DNA of 64,000 bases from an uncultured Candidatus Saccharibacteria bacterium (GTDB lineage Bacteria; Patescibacteriota; Saccharimonadia; Saccharimonadales; JAGQNK01): the NCBI GenBank assembly GCA_964636435.1, contig CAZWRS010000002.1, positions 296-64,295 on the forward strand, written 5' to 3'. Shown piece after piece: positions 18,868-27,765 of the stretch. A model generated the notes under the pieces. That model worked only from the letters and a program-made list of their open reading frames with translations, ran no database searches and had not been told where the DNA came from. The stretch's first letter is position 1. Each line of letters starts with the position of its first letter. The translations under genes were made by a program, and so were the position numbers.

Positions 18868-20703
18868 ATGAATAGCGCCGTCCAAGACCCATCGAAAATC
18901 AGAAATATTGCGATTATCGCCCACGTTGACCATGGCAAGACGACCATGGTAGATGGGCTGCTCAAGCAGTCCCATACCTTCCGCGACAATCAGGCGGAGA
19001 TGGGCCAGGAGCTGATCATGGACAGTGGTGACCAAGAGCGTGAACGCGGTATCACGATTACTGCCAAAGTAACGGCCGTGCAGCATAGCGACTACCGGAT
19101 TAATATTATTGATACGCCGGGGCATGCCGACTTTTCGGGTGAAGTAGAGCGGACGCTCAATATGGCTGACGGCTGTATTCTGATCGTGGACGCCCAGGAA
19201 GGCCCCATGCCACAGACCAAGTTCGTGCTCGGCAAGGCGCTCGCGGCCGAGCTCAAGCCAATTGTCATTATTAACAAAATAGACAAGCCCGGTCGTCGCA
19301 TTAAAGAAGTCGAAGATGAGCTGGCGGACCTGTTCCTGGAGCTGGCCGTTCACGAAGAGCAGCTGCACTATCCGGTGTACTACGCAATTGGTCGGACCGG
19401 CAAGGCGTGGGACTCGATACCTGATGATGTAGAGGCGGAAGCTTCGCTGGCGCCAATTTTTGGCGCCATAACTCAGCACGTTCCGGCTCCACGGGTGGAG
19501 CTTGATAAGCCCTTTCAGATGCTCGTCACGGCTCTGTCATGGGACTCATATAAGGGTAAGTATGCGGTTGGGCGCATCAACAGAGGCCAGGTAAAGGCGG
19601 GTCAGCCGGTGGTGGTCTGTAAAAAGGACGGCTCGCTCGCAAAAGCAAAGATTGATACCGTCTGCATGAGCCACGGTGTGTCGAAGTTCGAAGTGCCCGG
19701 CGGAATCGCCGGCGATATTGTCCGGTTGACGGGCATTGGCGATGTGCAGATTGGTGAGACAATTGCTGACGCTGACAGCCCCGAAGCCTTGCCAGTGCTT
19801 GAGGTGGAGGCACCGACGCTCAAGGTATATCTTGGTCCGAATACCTCCCCTTTGAAGGGCACCGAAGGAGAGTTCAGCACCTCACGTCAAATTAGTGAAC
19901 GCTTGCAAAAAGAGCTGGAGACGAACGTTGGTTTGCGCGTTGAGGAAGATGGTATCGGCTTTTTAGTGTCTGGCCGCGGCGAGCTGCACCTAAGCGTGCT
20001 GATTGAATCGATGCGCCGCGAAGGCTATGAGTTCGAGGTGGGCCGACCTCAGGTCGTGACGCGGGAAATTAATGGGGTGACTGAAGAGCCGCTCGAGGAG
20101 TTGATCGTTGAAGTTGCCGCCGAACATGTCGGTACTGTCCAGATGGAGCTCGGCGCCCGCAAAGCCGAGCTGCTCGAGCAGTTCGCCAGTCCAAAGGGCG
20201 TAACGAAGCTTGTGTATAAGCTGCCTACCAGAGCACTGCTTGGCCTCCGTAACATTTTAGTGACCAAGACGAAGGGGACGATCATCATGAACAGCCTGAT
20301 GATTGGCTACCAGCCGCTCGGTTCATCATTGCAGCAAATCCGTAACGGCGTACTGATAGCCTATGAAGCTGGCACGACGACACCGTACGCCCTGCAGATG
20401 GCTGAAGGGCGCGGTGATATCTTCGTCGGGCCCGGGGAAAAAGTCTATGCCGGCCAGATTATCGGTCTTAACAAGCGTCAGGAAGACATGGAAATGAACG
20501 TGTGTAAGGCTAAGCACCTGACCAATATGCGTGCTTCCGGTAGTGACGGCGTGGTGCAACTGACACCCCCGACAATTCTTAGCCTTGAGCAATGTTTGGA
20601 TTTTATTGAAAACGACGAGCTGCTGGAGGTCACGCCGAAAAACTTAAGACTTCGCAAAAAAGAGCTCGACCCCAATAAGCGCAAGCGCCAGAACAAGCAG
20701 TAA
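18868..20703 (+). CDS. typA: Translational GTPase TypA/BipA
   Basis: AHVDHGKTT, ERERGITI, DTPGHADF, NKID, GRGELHL, KHLTNMRASGSD. Confidence 0.97.
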   Translation: MNSAVQDPSKIRNIAIIAHVDHGKTTMVDGLLKQSHTFRDNQAEMGQELIMDSGDQERERGITITAKVTAVQHSDYRINIIDTPGHADFSGEVERTLNMADGCILIVDAQEGPMPQTKFVLGKALAAELKPIVIINKIDKPGRRIKEVEDELADLFLELAVHEEQLHYPVYYAIGRTGKAWDSIPDDVEAEASLAPIFGAITQHVPAPRVELDKPFQMLVTALSWDSYKGKYAVGRINRGQVKAGQPVVVCKKDGSLAKAKIDTVCMSHGVSKFEVPGGIAGDIVRLTGIGDVQIGETIADADSPEALPVLEVEAPTLKVYLGPNTSPLKGTEGEFSTSRQISERLQKELETNVGLRVEEDGIGFLVSGRGELHLSVLIESMRREGYEFEVGRPQVVTREINGVTEEPLEELIVEVAAEHVGTVQMELGARKAELLEQFASPKGVTKLVYKLPTRALLGLRNILVTKTKGTIIMNSLMIGYQPLGSSLQQIRNGVLIAYEAGTTTPYALQMAEGRGDIFVGPGEKVYAGQIIGLNKRQEDMEMNVCKAKHLTNMRASGSDGVVQLTPPTILSLEQCLDFIENDELLEVTPKNLRLRKKELDPNKRKRQNKQ

Positions 20704-20752
20704 TAAGGTATCCCGGCCGGTGTAATCCTGGTTTGTAATGTATTATGCACAT

Positions 20753-21435
20753 ATGAGTAGGCCGCGGATAGCAATCATGGGATCGGGCGAAGGCTCTACA
20801 GCAGAAGTGTGCGCTCGGTCAGCCGCTGATGGAAGCTTGCGTGCAGACATTGGATTGGTCATATCTAATCAGCCGGCGTCGGGCATAATCAGGCGTGCGG
20901 AAAGCTGGGAGCACGTGTATGGGTTAGCAGTAGATTCGATCGTGATAAACCAGCATACGCACCCTGATGGGGCGCATGCCAGGGGGCAAACAGACAGTGA
21001 GTCACTGGCTATCGCCGAGAGCCTGGTAAAGCATGACATTGATCTCGTCCTGATGATGGGGTACTTGAGAATCGTAGGTAAGTTGCTACTGGAGAGGTAC
21101 GGCTTCGTCGCTGGCAGGCATAGTGATGTACGGCAGAGCCGGATGCTGAACTGGCATCCCGGTCCTTTGCCGCTGACTTCAAGCGAGTACGGTGTCGGGG
21201 CTGCCGAGAAAGTTCTGGATGCCTATATGGCCGGGAAGATCGTCAAATCTGCGTGTGTCTCGTGCATGCAGTTTCCGAATCAGTCGACGAAGGCCCAATT
21301 TGGCGGCTGCATGAGGTTCCGGTGCACGAGTACGACACACCCCAGAGTTTGTTTGGGCGTACACAAAAAATTGAAAAACAGTATTTAACACAAGACATCA
21401 ACGAGTTTATTGAGCTCCAGTCGGGGAGTCAGTAG
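20753..21435 (+). pseudogene. purN: PurN-like formyltransferase, frameshifted near 21250 (or assembly error)
   Basis: IAIMGSGEGS, LVISNQP, LMMGYLRIVG, LNWHPGPLP; C-terminal VHAVSESVDEGPI is in another frame. Confidence 0.7.
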
Positions 21436-21495
21436 CAACTCGACTATGCGATAATACTCATAGACAAAACTTATGATACATGATATAATAAAAGA

Positions 21496-21729
21496 ATGAG
21501 AGCATGTATTGTGATGCTAGTGGTCGTGGCGGCCTTGGTGTTTGGCACTACTGGGACTGTTGCGGCGACTGACGAAGGCTTTGTACCGCAGACGTCATCG
21601 ACCAGAACGGATGTGCCGAGCCCGTCGGCCTTGCCGGCAGCCGGGGCGGGGCATGTGCTGGTAGTGTTTGCTGGGGCAACCGGTCTAGGTTTTGCCGGCC
21701 ATGTATGGCTTCGGCGTAAACGGGTATAA
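21496..21729 (+). CDS. Small secreted peptide with LPAAG sorting signal
   Basis: Signal peptide, about 20 aa mature part, LPAAG + hydrophobic stretch + RRKRV; TGaTATAAT 6 nt upstream. Confidence 0.65.
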   Translation: MRACIVMLVVVAALVFGTTGTVAATDEGFVPQTSSTRTDVPSPSALPAAGAGHVLVVFAGATGLGFAGHVWLRRKRV

Positions 21730-21747
21730 GCCGGTAGGTTAATAAAA

Positions 21748-21783
21748 GCTCCGGCCACGAAGTGCGGCCGGAGCAAGTCTTTT
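21748..21783. terminator. Probable bidirectional terminator
   Basis: GCTCCGGCCAC-GAA-GTGCGGCCGGAGC stem flanked by A- and T-runs between convergent genes. Confidence 0.7.
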
Positions 21784-21826
21784 GGCTTAAAGTGTTTTAC
21801 CCAAATTGTTACCGAAGGACGAGCGG

Positions 21827-22624
21827 CTAGTAGGCGTATGCCATGCGCTCGCGGTGGTACTTTTCGTACGACTTGTAGTCTTTGTCCTTGCGGCTGTCGT
21901 TGTCTTTGTGGTCATAGCCGCGCTTGTGATCATCCGATTTATCGTAACGGACGAACTTGGCACGGTGGTGACTTGAGTGCTGTTTGTGGTCTTTGCGCTC
22001 GTAATTGACATGCTTGTATGACTTATTCCGGTTATGTGAGCGGTGCTTGTCATAGTCCTTCTTGTACTCAGACTTTTTGTCGTAGTCACGATAGTCTTTT
22101 TTGTAGTCTTTCTTTTTATGGCTGTCGCTATGCTTGTGATCGTAGTCCTTTTTCTTGTGATCATAGGACCTCTTGGAGACGTACTTGACGGGCTTCTTGT
22201 GATCGTGCCTGTCGTAGTCTTTGCTGTAGCGCTCCTTGTGATCGTGCTTCTTGTGGTCCTTTTTGTAATCCTTCTTATGCTCCCACTTGTTATCGTGATG
22301 CTTTACATATTTCTTCTTGTCATCGTCTTTTCGCCAGTGGTTCCAGCTGTACTTGTGGTCATGGTCTTTTTTGTGCTTGGACGATGGTCGCCACCACTTA
22401 TGGGAGTCATGTGACTTCTTGTACTGGTGGCTGTATGAGTTGGATTTATGATGCTTCCAATCCCTATCCTTGCGGTCCGAGCTTTTATGCTTCTTATGCT
22501 TATTGTGGTAGGAGTGGTGCTGCTTTTTGTACGAATCGTAGTTCGTGTACTTCGTGCGCGTACCCGGAATGTAGGCCATTCCTATGACGAGGGCACTTAC
22601 ACAGGTTGCTACAAAGTAATACAT
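21827..22624 (-). CDS. His/Lys/Asp/Tyr-rich low-complexity protein with hydrophobic N-terminus
   Basis: 265 aa ORF with AGGAGG upstream; repeats such as KKDYKKDHKKHDHK. Confidence 0.75.
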   Translation of the reverse strand: MYYFVATCVSALVIGMAYIPGTRTKYTNYDSYKKQHHSYHNKHKKHKSSDRKDRDWKHHKSNSYSHQYKKSHDSHKWWRPSSKHKKDHDHKYSWNHWRKDDDKKKYVKHHDNKWEHKKDYKKDHKKHDHKERYSKDYDRHDHKKPVKYVSKRSYDHKKKDYDHKHSDSHKKKDYKKDYRDYDKKSEYKKDYDKHRSHNRNKSYKHVNYERKDHKQHSSHHRAKFVRYDKSDDHKRGYDHKDNDSRKDKDYKSYEKYHRERMAYAY

Positions 22625-22827
22625 ACTTGCTACGTACCTCCTTGAAAGTTAGATTTGAAAATTAAATGCATGTACCTCCTTTCAAAGTCGCTTTTTTCAT
22701 TTTTAGCAAGGGCTGATATTCGGTGCCATGAGTATTCTCACACTACTTCCTATAGAGAACAGTTTGTAATATTTATTACTTACGGCAGGTGTAAAATAGA
22801 AGGGTAGGGTAAGGTAAGGGGTTTGGT

Positions 22828-23985
22828 ATGAATAGACGAGCAATACTGGGTGCACTGCTCTTGCTGGTGGTGCCGGTGTTTGCATGGGTCGGGCTGGCGA
22901 ACGCGCAAACGTTCCGCTCCGGTGATACGACGACAGTAGACGCCAATGAAACGGTGAATAGTTCGCTGTTTGCCAGCGGCCGCACGATAGACATTGCTGG
23001 AACAGTTGACGGTGACGTGTACTGCGCGGGCATGAATATATTCGTCAGCGGTACCGTGCGCGGTGATGTGCTGTGTGCCGGACAAAATGTGACAGTATCG
23101 GGTGAAGTTGAGGGAGATGTGCGGCTGGCTGGCCAGTCAGTAACGGTCAGCGGCCAGGTGGATGGCAGTGCGTCAGTAGCAACGGCAGCTTTCTCGCTGG
23201 ATAGCCGGGCGCGCATTGCCCGTGACCTGAGCGTGGCGAGCAGTGATATGGCGCTCAATGGCCAGGTTGGCCGGGATGCAGCGTTAGCCGGCGCAAGTGC
23301 GGTGCTCAATAACCAGATTGGTCGGAACGTAAATGCGAGCGTTGAGAGCTTGCGATTGAATGGTCAGGCAGATATCGGTGGCGGGCTGTACTACACGAGC
23401 AGTCAGGATGCGCAGCTTGCTGAAGGGGCGCAGGTAGCTGGCGAGACGCGGCGATCTGAACCGCAGCAGACCAAGGGCACGTTTGAGGCGCCGTTCATTA
23501 CCGGCGCATCGTTCGTGTTTTACACCATAGCGGCGTTGCTCATATTGTCACTGGCGCTGGTGCTGCTGTTTCCGCGAGCTGTGCATGCAGTCACGAGCCA
23601 GGCGGTTGCGCAGCCGCTGAAGGTGCTGCTGGTAGGCTTTGTGGCGAGCCTGGCAGTGCCGGTGCTCATTATCGTGCTGCTGGTTACGGTGCTGGGTATT
23701 CCGCTGGCCTTGCTGCTTCTTGGTATTTGGCTCCTGATACTGTTTCTGGCTGGCCCTGTCTTTAGCTACTATATCGGTCGGCTGCTGCTTTCGGGCCAGC
23801 GTAACGTGATGCTGATTATGGCGCTCGGTGCACTGGTGGTGCTGCTCCTGCTGTTCATACCGATCCTCGGCTTCCTGGTGTGGTTGGCGGCAATGTGGAT
23901 GGGTGCTGGCATGATCCTGCTCGAGATTACCCGCCGGACCCCGCGTCCACGATATGAGATAGAGCCAGCTGCGGCGAAGCGGTAG
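22828..23985 (+). CDS. Membrane protein with bactofilin-like beta-helix repeats and C-terminal multi-TM domain
   Basis: Signal peptide, repeats of type VSGTVRGDVLCAGQNV, about 5 TM helices. Confidence 0.8.
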   Translation: MNRRAILGALLLLVVPVFAWVGLANAQTFRSGDTTTVDANETVNSSLFASGRTIDIAGTVDGDVYCAGMNIFVSGTVRGDVLCAGQNVTVSGEVEGDVRLAGQSVTVSGQVDGSASVATAAFSLDSRARIARDLSVASSDMALNGQVGRDAALAGASAVLNNQIGRNVNASVESLRLNGQADIGGGLYYTSSQDAQLAEGAQVAGETRRSEPQQTKGTFEAPFITGASFVFYTIAALLILSLALVLLFPRAVHAVTSQAVAQPLKVLLVGFVASLAVPVLIIVLLVTVLGIPLALLLLGIWLLILFLAGPVFSYYIGRLLLSGQRNVMLIMALGALVVLLLLFIPILGFLVWLAAMWMGAGMILLEITRRTPRPRYEIEPAAAKR

Positions 23986-24054
23986 CTGCTGCCTAGTCAG
24001 AACATGCTATGCTATAACGAGCAATAGCAAGCCTCGAATAAACATTACAAAGAC

Positions 24055-25389
24055 ATGAAACTCAACCTGCGAAAAAGTAAATTACCGACTATGCCAGCGG
24101 TGCCGCCAGCGATTTCGAGCCTGGCGACGGTGCCGCTCAATATCTTGAATCCCAAGGTTTTGAGCGATGTCTTGTTTAAAAAAGACAAGCGCACAGAGCT
24201 GTTTTTAGAACTCTCGCCGCAGAAGCGGCTGCTGCTACTGCGTTCGTTGACACCGAGCGTGCGCAAGGAGATTCTGCTGCACGTACCTGATCAGGAGCTG
24301 GTGTCGCTGATTCACATGGTCGATCCGGATGAGGCGACGGATATGCTGCAGCTGCTGTCGGCAAAACGCCGCGAAAAGATTTTGCAGATGGTGAGTACCG
24401 AACTTAAGGATTCACTGAGTACGCTGCTGGCGTTCGACGCTGAGACCGCGGCCGGTCTGATGACCCTGGATTACATTCAGGTCAGCCCAGAAGACACGAT
24501 CGTCGAAGTGGCGAAGAAGTTTAAATCCCACGAAAAAGCGACCGGTCGGCCGCCAGTTATCCTGGTCATGAAAGAAGATGGCAAGTTGGCGGGCTTTTTG
24601 CCGGGCCACGAACTGGGCTTTAGTCGCACTACGGAAAAAATCGGTAAATATATTAAGCGCATGCCGTCAGTGTCGTACGCCGCGACGCACGATGAGGTGG
24701 TCCATATCTTCCATACCTACCCGCACTCCAAGGTGGCGGTCAAGAACGATGCCGGCAACGTCATAGGTATTATCTATTCCGATGACGTGCTCAATTTGCT
24801 GCAAGAGCAAGAAGCTTCCTCGCTGTACGACTTTGCAGGTATTCGTCAGGAGGAGAGTATTGCGGACAGCACCCGGCGCAAAGTTATCAACCGGCACCGC
24901 TGGCTGATCGTTAACGTCTTTACTGCCTTTTTGGTGGCTTTCACAGTCAGCCAGTTCGAAGGAATCCTCAGTCAGTACGTCTTGCTGGCGGCGTACATGC
25001 CTATTGTGGCCGGTATGGGCGGTAATGCGTCTATGCAGACGTTTGCGGTGCTGGTGCGCGGTATTTCGCTCGGACAGATCAGTCTCAGGACTGCCGGTCG
25101 GACGCTGCGTAACGAGCTGGGGGCCGGGTTTATTAACGGTATTATCATCGCGGTGATTGTGGCGAGCGTGGCTATCGTAATGAACGGCGATCTGCGGCTG
25201 GGCGCTGTGCTGGCGCTGGCAATGGTCATCAACCTGATGGTGGCGGCCTTTTTCGGTACCGTCGTGCCGCTGGTCATGAGCCGGCTCGGCAAAGACCCGG
25301 CGACCTCGGCATCTATTTTCATTACCACCGCGACCGATGTGCTGGGCTTCTTAGCTTTCCTCGGTTTGGCATCGCTCATTCTCATGTAA
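24055..25389 (+). CDS. mgtE: Magnesium transporter MgtE
   Basis: ETAAGLMT CBS start, PIVAGMGGNASMQ, DPATSASIFITTATDVLG. Confidence 0.93.
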   Translation: MKLNLRKSKLPTMPAVPPAISSLATVPLNILNPKVLSDVLFKKDKRTELFLELSPQKRLLLLRSLTPSVRKEILLHVPDQELVSLIHMVDPDEATDMLQLLSAKRREKILQMVSTELKDSLSTLLAFDAETAAGLMTLDYIQVSPEDTIVEVAKKFKSHEKATGRPPVILVMKEDGKLAGFLPGHELGFSRTTEKIGKYIKRMPSVSYAATHDEVVHIFHTYPHSKVAVKNDAGNVIGIIYSDDVLNLLQEQEASSLYDFAGIRQEESIADSTRRKVINRHRWLIVNVFTAFLVAFTVSQFEGILSQYVLLAAYMPIVAGMGGNASMQTFAVLVRGISLGQISLRTAGRTLRNELGAGFINGIIIAVIVASVAIVMNGDLRLGAVLALAMVINLMVAAFFGTVVPLVMSRLGKDPATSASIFITTATDVLGFLAFLGLASLILM

Positions 25390-25482
25390 AGGTAGTGGGT
25401 GTGGCCGCGGGTGCGCCAAGCGTACAGTTGGCGTATAAAAAGTTTGACGACTAGCGTGACTGTCTATACTCTGTAAAATAAG

Positions 25483-26778
25483 ATGCTTGAACGTGCTACC
25501 AAGAAACTAAAAACAACTATCAAAAAGCTCAGCCCGCTGGGAACGCATTTTGATGTGCAGCCGGACGATGTTCGCCCGGCCCTGCGCTACATCCACGACT
25601 ACTGGCCCAAGCTGGAGCGCTATCATCCGAAGGATGACGAGAGCCTGCTGGGCCTCCCCAATAAGTACCTGGTGCCAGCTTATGATGAGGGGCATGAATT
25701 TGATTTTAATGAAATGTACTACTGGGACAGCTACTTCATGGTTCAGGGCATGATGGATGCCGAGCACAAGGATCTGGTTGTCGGCATATTGGAAAACTTG
25801 GTCAGTATGTTCGATCGCTTCAAGGTGATTCCGAACGCTTCGCGCCTGTATTTGATGGGGCGCAGCCAGCCACCCTTCCTCACCTCATTCATCTGGGAGG
25901 TATACGACACGTATGACATGGACAAGCGCTGGCTAAAGCGGATGATGAGGTCTGCCCAGGCTGAGTACGAAACGGTATGGATGGGCACCAAGAAGCCGAA
26001 TGCCCGGCAGGTATACAAGGGCTTAAGCCGCTACTATGACATCAACCACTTGCACGACCTTGCCGAAGCCGAGAGCGGCTGGGATATGACAACCCGTTTC
26101 GGCCGCAAGGCACTGGATTATGTGCCGGCGGACCTAAATGCCCTTTTGTACAAGTACGAAATGGATTTTGCCCGCTACTATCGGCTGATTGATGACAAGC
26201 GCACAGCCGCCAAGTGGGAAGTTGCTGCCAAGTACCGCAAGAAAACCATGGATGGTTTGATGTGGAGCAACCTGCGGGGAATTTACTTCGACTACAATTT
26301 TGCAAAGGAAAAGCGCGGTACGGTCAGTTCACTCGCGACGTATTACACGATGTGGGCAGGTATGGCAACTGATGAGCAGGCAAAAGAAATGGTTAAAGCA
26401 CTGCGGCGCTTCGAGCACCGCGGCGGGCTGGCCACAACCGATGGCCAGGCGCTCAATCAGATGGTACCGGGTGCCATCACGCCAGGTGTTATGCCGACGC
26501 AGTGGGCGTTTCCGAACGGCTGGGCGCCGCTTCAGTACATCGTTATAAAAGGCTTGCAGCGGTACGGCTATCATGAGGATGCCAGGCGGATTGCCATGAA
26601 GTGGCTCAAGACCAACCTGGACTGGTTCAATACACACGGTGTCTTCCTGGAAAAGTACAACGTCGTATCGCCGGAAAAACCGCCGGCAAAAGGAGTCTAC
26701 CCCTCCCAGACTGGCTTTGGTTGGACGAACGCGGTGTTCGAGCGGCTCTGTCAAGAATACGTGTATGAGCAGCGATGA
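25483..26778 (+). CDS. Alpha,alpha-trehalase (GH37)
   Basis: EMYYWDSYF, RSQPPFL, AESGWD, QWAFPNGWAP, EKYNV, Q-x-GFGWTN. Confidence 0.93.
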   Translation: MLERATKKLKTTIKKLSPLGTHFDVQPDDVRPALRYIHDYWPKLERYHPKDDESLLGLPNKYLVPAYDEGHEFDFNEMYYWDSYFMVQGMMDAEHKDLVVGILENLVSMFDRFKVIPNASRLYLMGRSQPPFLTSFIWEVYDTYDMDKRWLKRMMRSAQAEYETVWMGTKKPNARQVYKGLSRYYDINHLHDLAEAESGWDMTTRFGRKALDYVPADLNALLYKYEMDFARYYRLIDDKRTAAKWEVAAKYRKKTMDGLMWSNLRGIYFDYNFAKEKRGTVSSLATYYTMWAGMATDEQAKEMVKALRRFEHRGGLATTDGQALNQMVPGAITPGVMPTQWAFPNGWAPLQYIVIKGLQRYGYHEDARRIAMKWLKTNLDWFNTHGVFLEKYNVVSPEKPPAKGVYPSQTGFGWTNAVFERLCQEYVYEQR

Positions 26779-26932
26779 CGAGATATTCAAGCTGCCCTGC
26801 GCCGATAAAATGGCTTTTGACACCCAAGAGGCAGCTTCGGCTGCAGCGCTGGCGATACAGCACCAGCGGGGCACAAAACTGAAGGCTTACCGCTGCCGAC
26901 ATTGCGGACTGTGGCACCTTGCCAGTGCCTAG
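26765..26932 (+). CDS. Small Zn-binding protein (55 aa)
   Basis: PCADK...AYRCRHCGLWHL; overlaps the trehalase 3' end. Confidence 0.7.
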   Translation: MSSDDEIFKLPCADKMAFDTQEAASAAALAIQHQRGTKLKAYRCRHCGLWHLASA

Positions 26933-27588
26933 AGCTGATTCTGCTGTCGATACTGTTGTATTTCCTCGACCTGCGCGGGCGTAATGTACCCCGCAGTGAT
27001 GCCATGCCCAAGTAAATCATCAGCGGTCAGTATGGAGAGAAAGCCTACGCCCACTTTTTGTAAGTTGTCTCTGGCGCCTTGTTGACGATCGACGACCGTC
27101 AACACGGTGCTGACAACCAGGCCGGCAGCCCTACTCGCCCGCAGGAAGCGGAACTTGTTTCTGCCGCCCGATGTATGGTCATCGACAACGATCAGTTCAT
27201 CGCCGACTTCGTAGGTGCCTTCCGGCTGGGTGAAGGTTGTGCCATGCTCGGGATCGTCTACTTTGTCAAAGGTCAGCAGGTTCTCCGGATAGTCGGTGTA
27301 TTGCTTTGCCAGAGCCTCGCCGAGCGGCCAGGCACCGCGGGGCAGCGCCGCAATACGGTTGGCTTTGAGGTTGTTTCGCTGGCAGATCTCGTAGAACTCC
27401 TCGCCGATGCACTCATACAGCTCTGGCAAAAGCTCACTGCCAGGCTCATTTTGCTTCGGGTAGTGCATGTACCACGGTGACGGCGGCAGTGATGGGTTGT
27501 CGCGATGTGCTGAGAGTAAAAACTCCCCGAACTGTATGGAGTTGCTGTGATAGTAGAGGTCGGCAATCTCTGCTTGGCGATGTGTCAT
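26929..27588 (-). CDS. Orotate phosphoribosyltransferase-like type I PRTase
   Basis: IQFGEFLLS..SPWY, IVVDDHTSGG, VVDRQQGA; divergent PRPP motif. Confidence 0.75.
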   Translation of the reverse strand: MTHRQAEIADLYYHSNSIQFGEFLLSAHRDNPSLPPSPWYMHYPKQNEPGSELLPELYECIGEEFYEICQRNNLKANRIAALPRGAWPLGEALAKQYTDYPENLLTFDKVDDPEHGTTFTQPEGTYEVGDELIVVDDHTSGGRNKFRFLRASRAAGLVVSTVLTVVDRQQGARDNLQKVGVGFLSILTADDLLGHGITAGYITPAQVEEIQQYRQQNQL

Positions 27589-27765
27589 CGGCTAGGCTCA
27601 CGGCTACTGGTGTTCATATCTCACCTAAAATGATACCATTGGTACGGTATGACAAGTATACAATGCCAGATGATGCAACTGATGATGCCCGAGCGGGCTG
27701 CATAGATACTTCATTTCTCTTTGATTTCCCCCCATCACGCTAAACAGGTACACTTTAAGTAACGT

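Noticed and set aside
21787-22414. Thr-rich ORF 21787-22164 (-) and hydrophobic ORF 22043-22414 (+)
   Set aside because: Alternate-frame and antisense shadows of the low-complexity His/Lys-rich gene.
21830-22560. CRISPR-like or DNA repeat array
   Set aside because: Repeats are degenerate codon-level repeats with no fixed repeat-spacer period.
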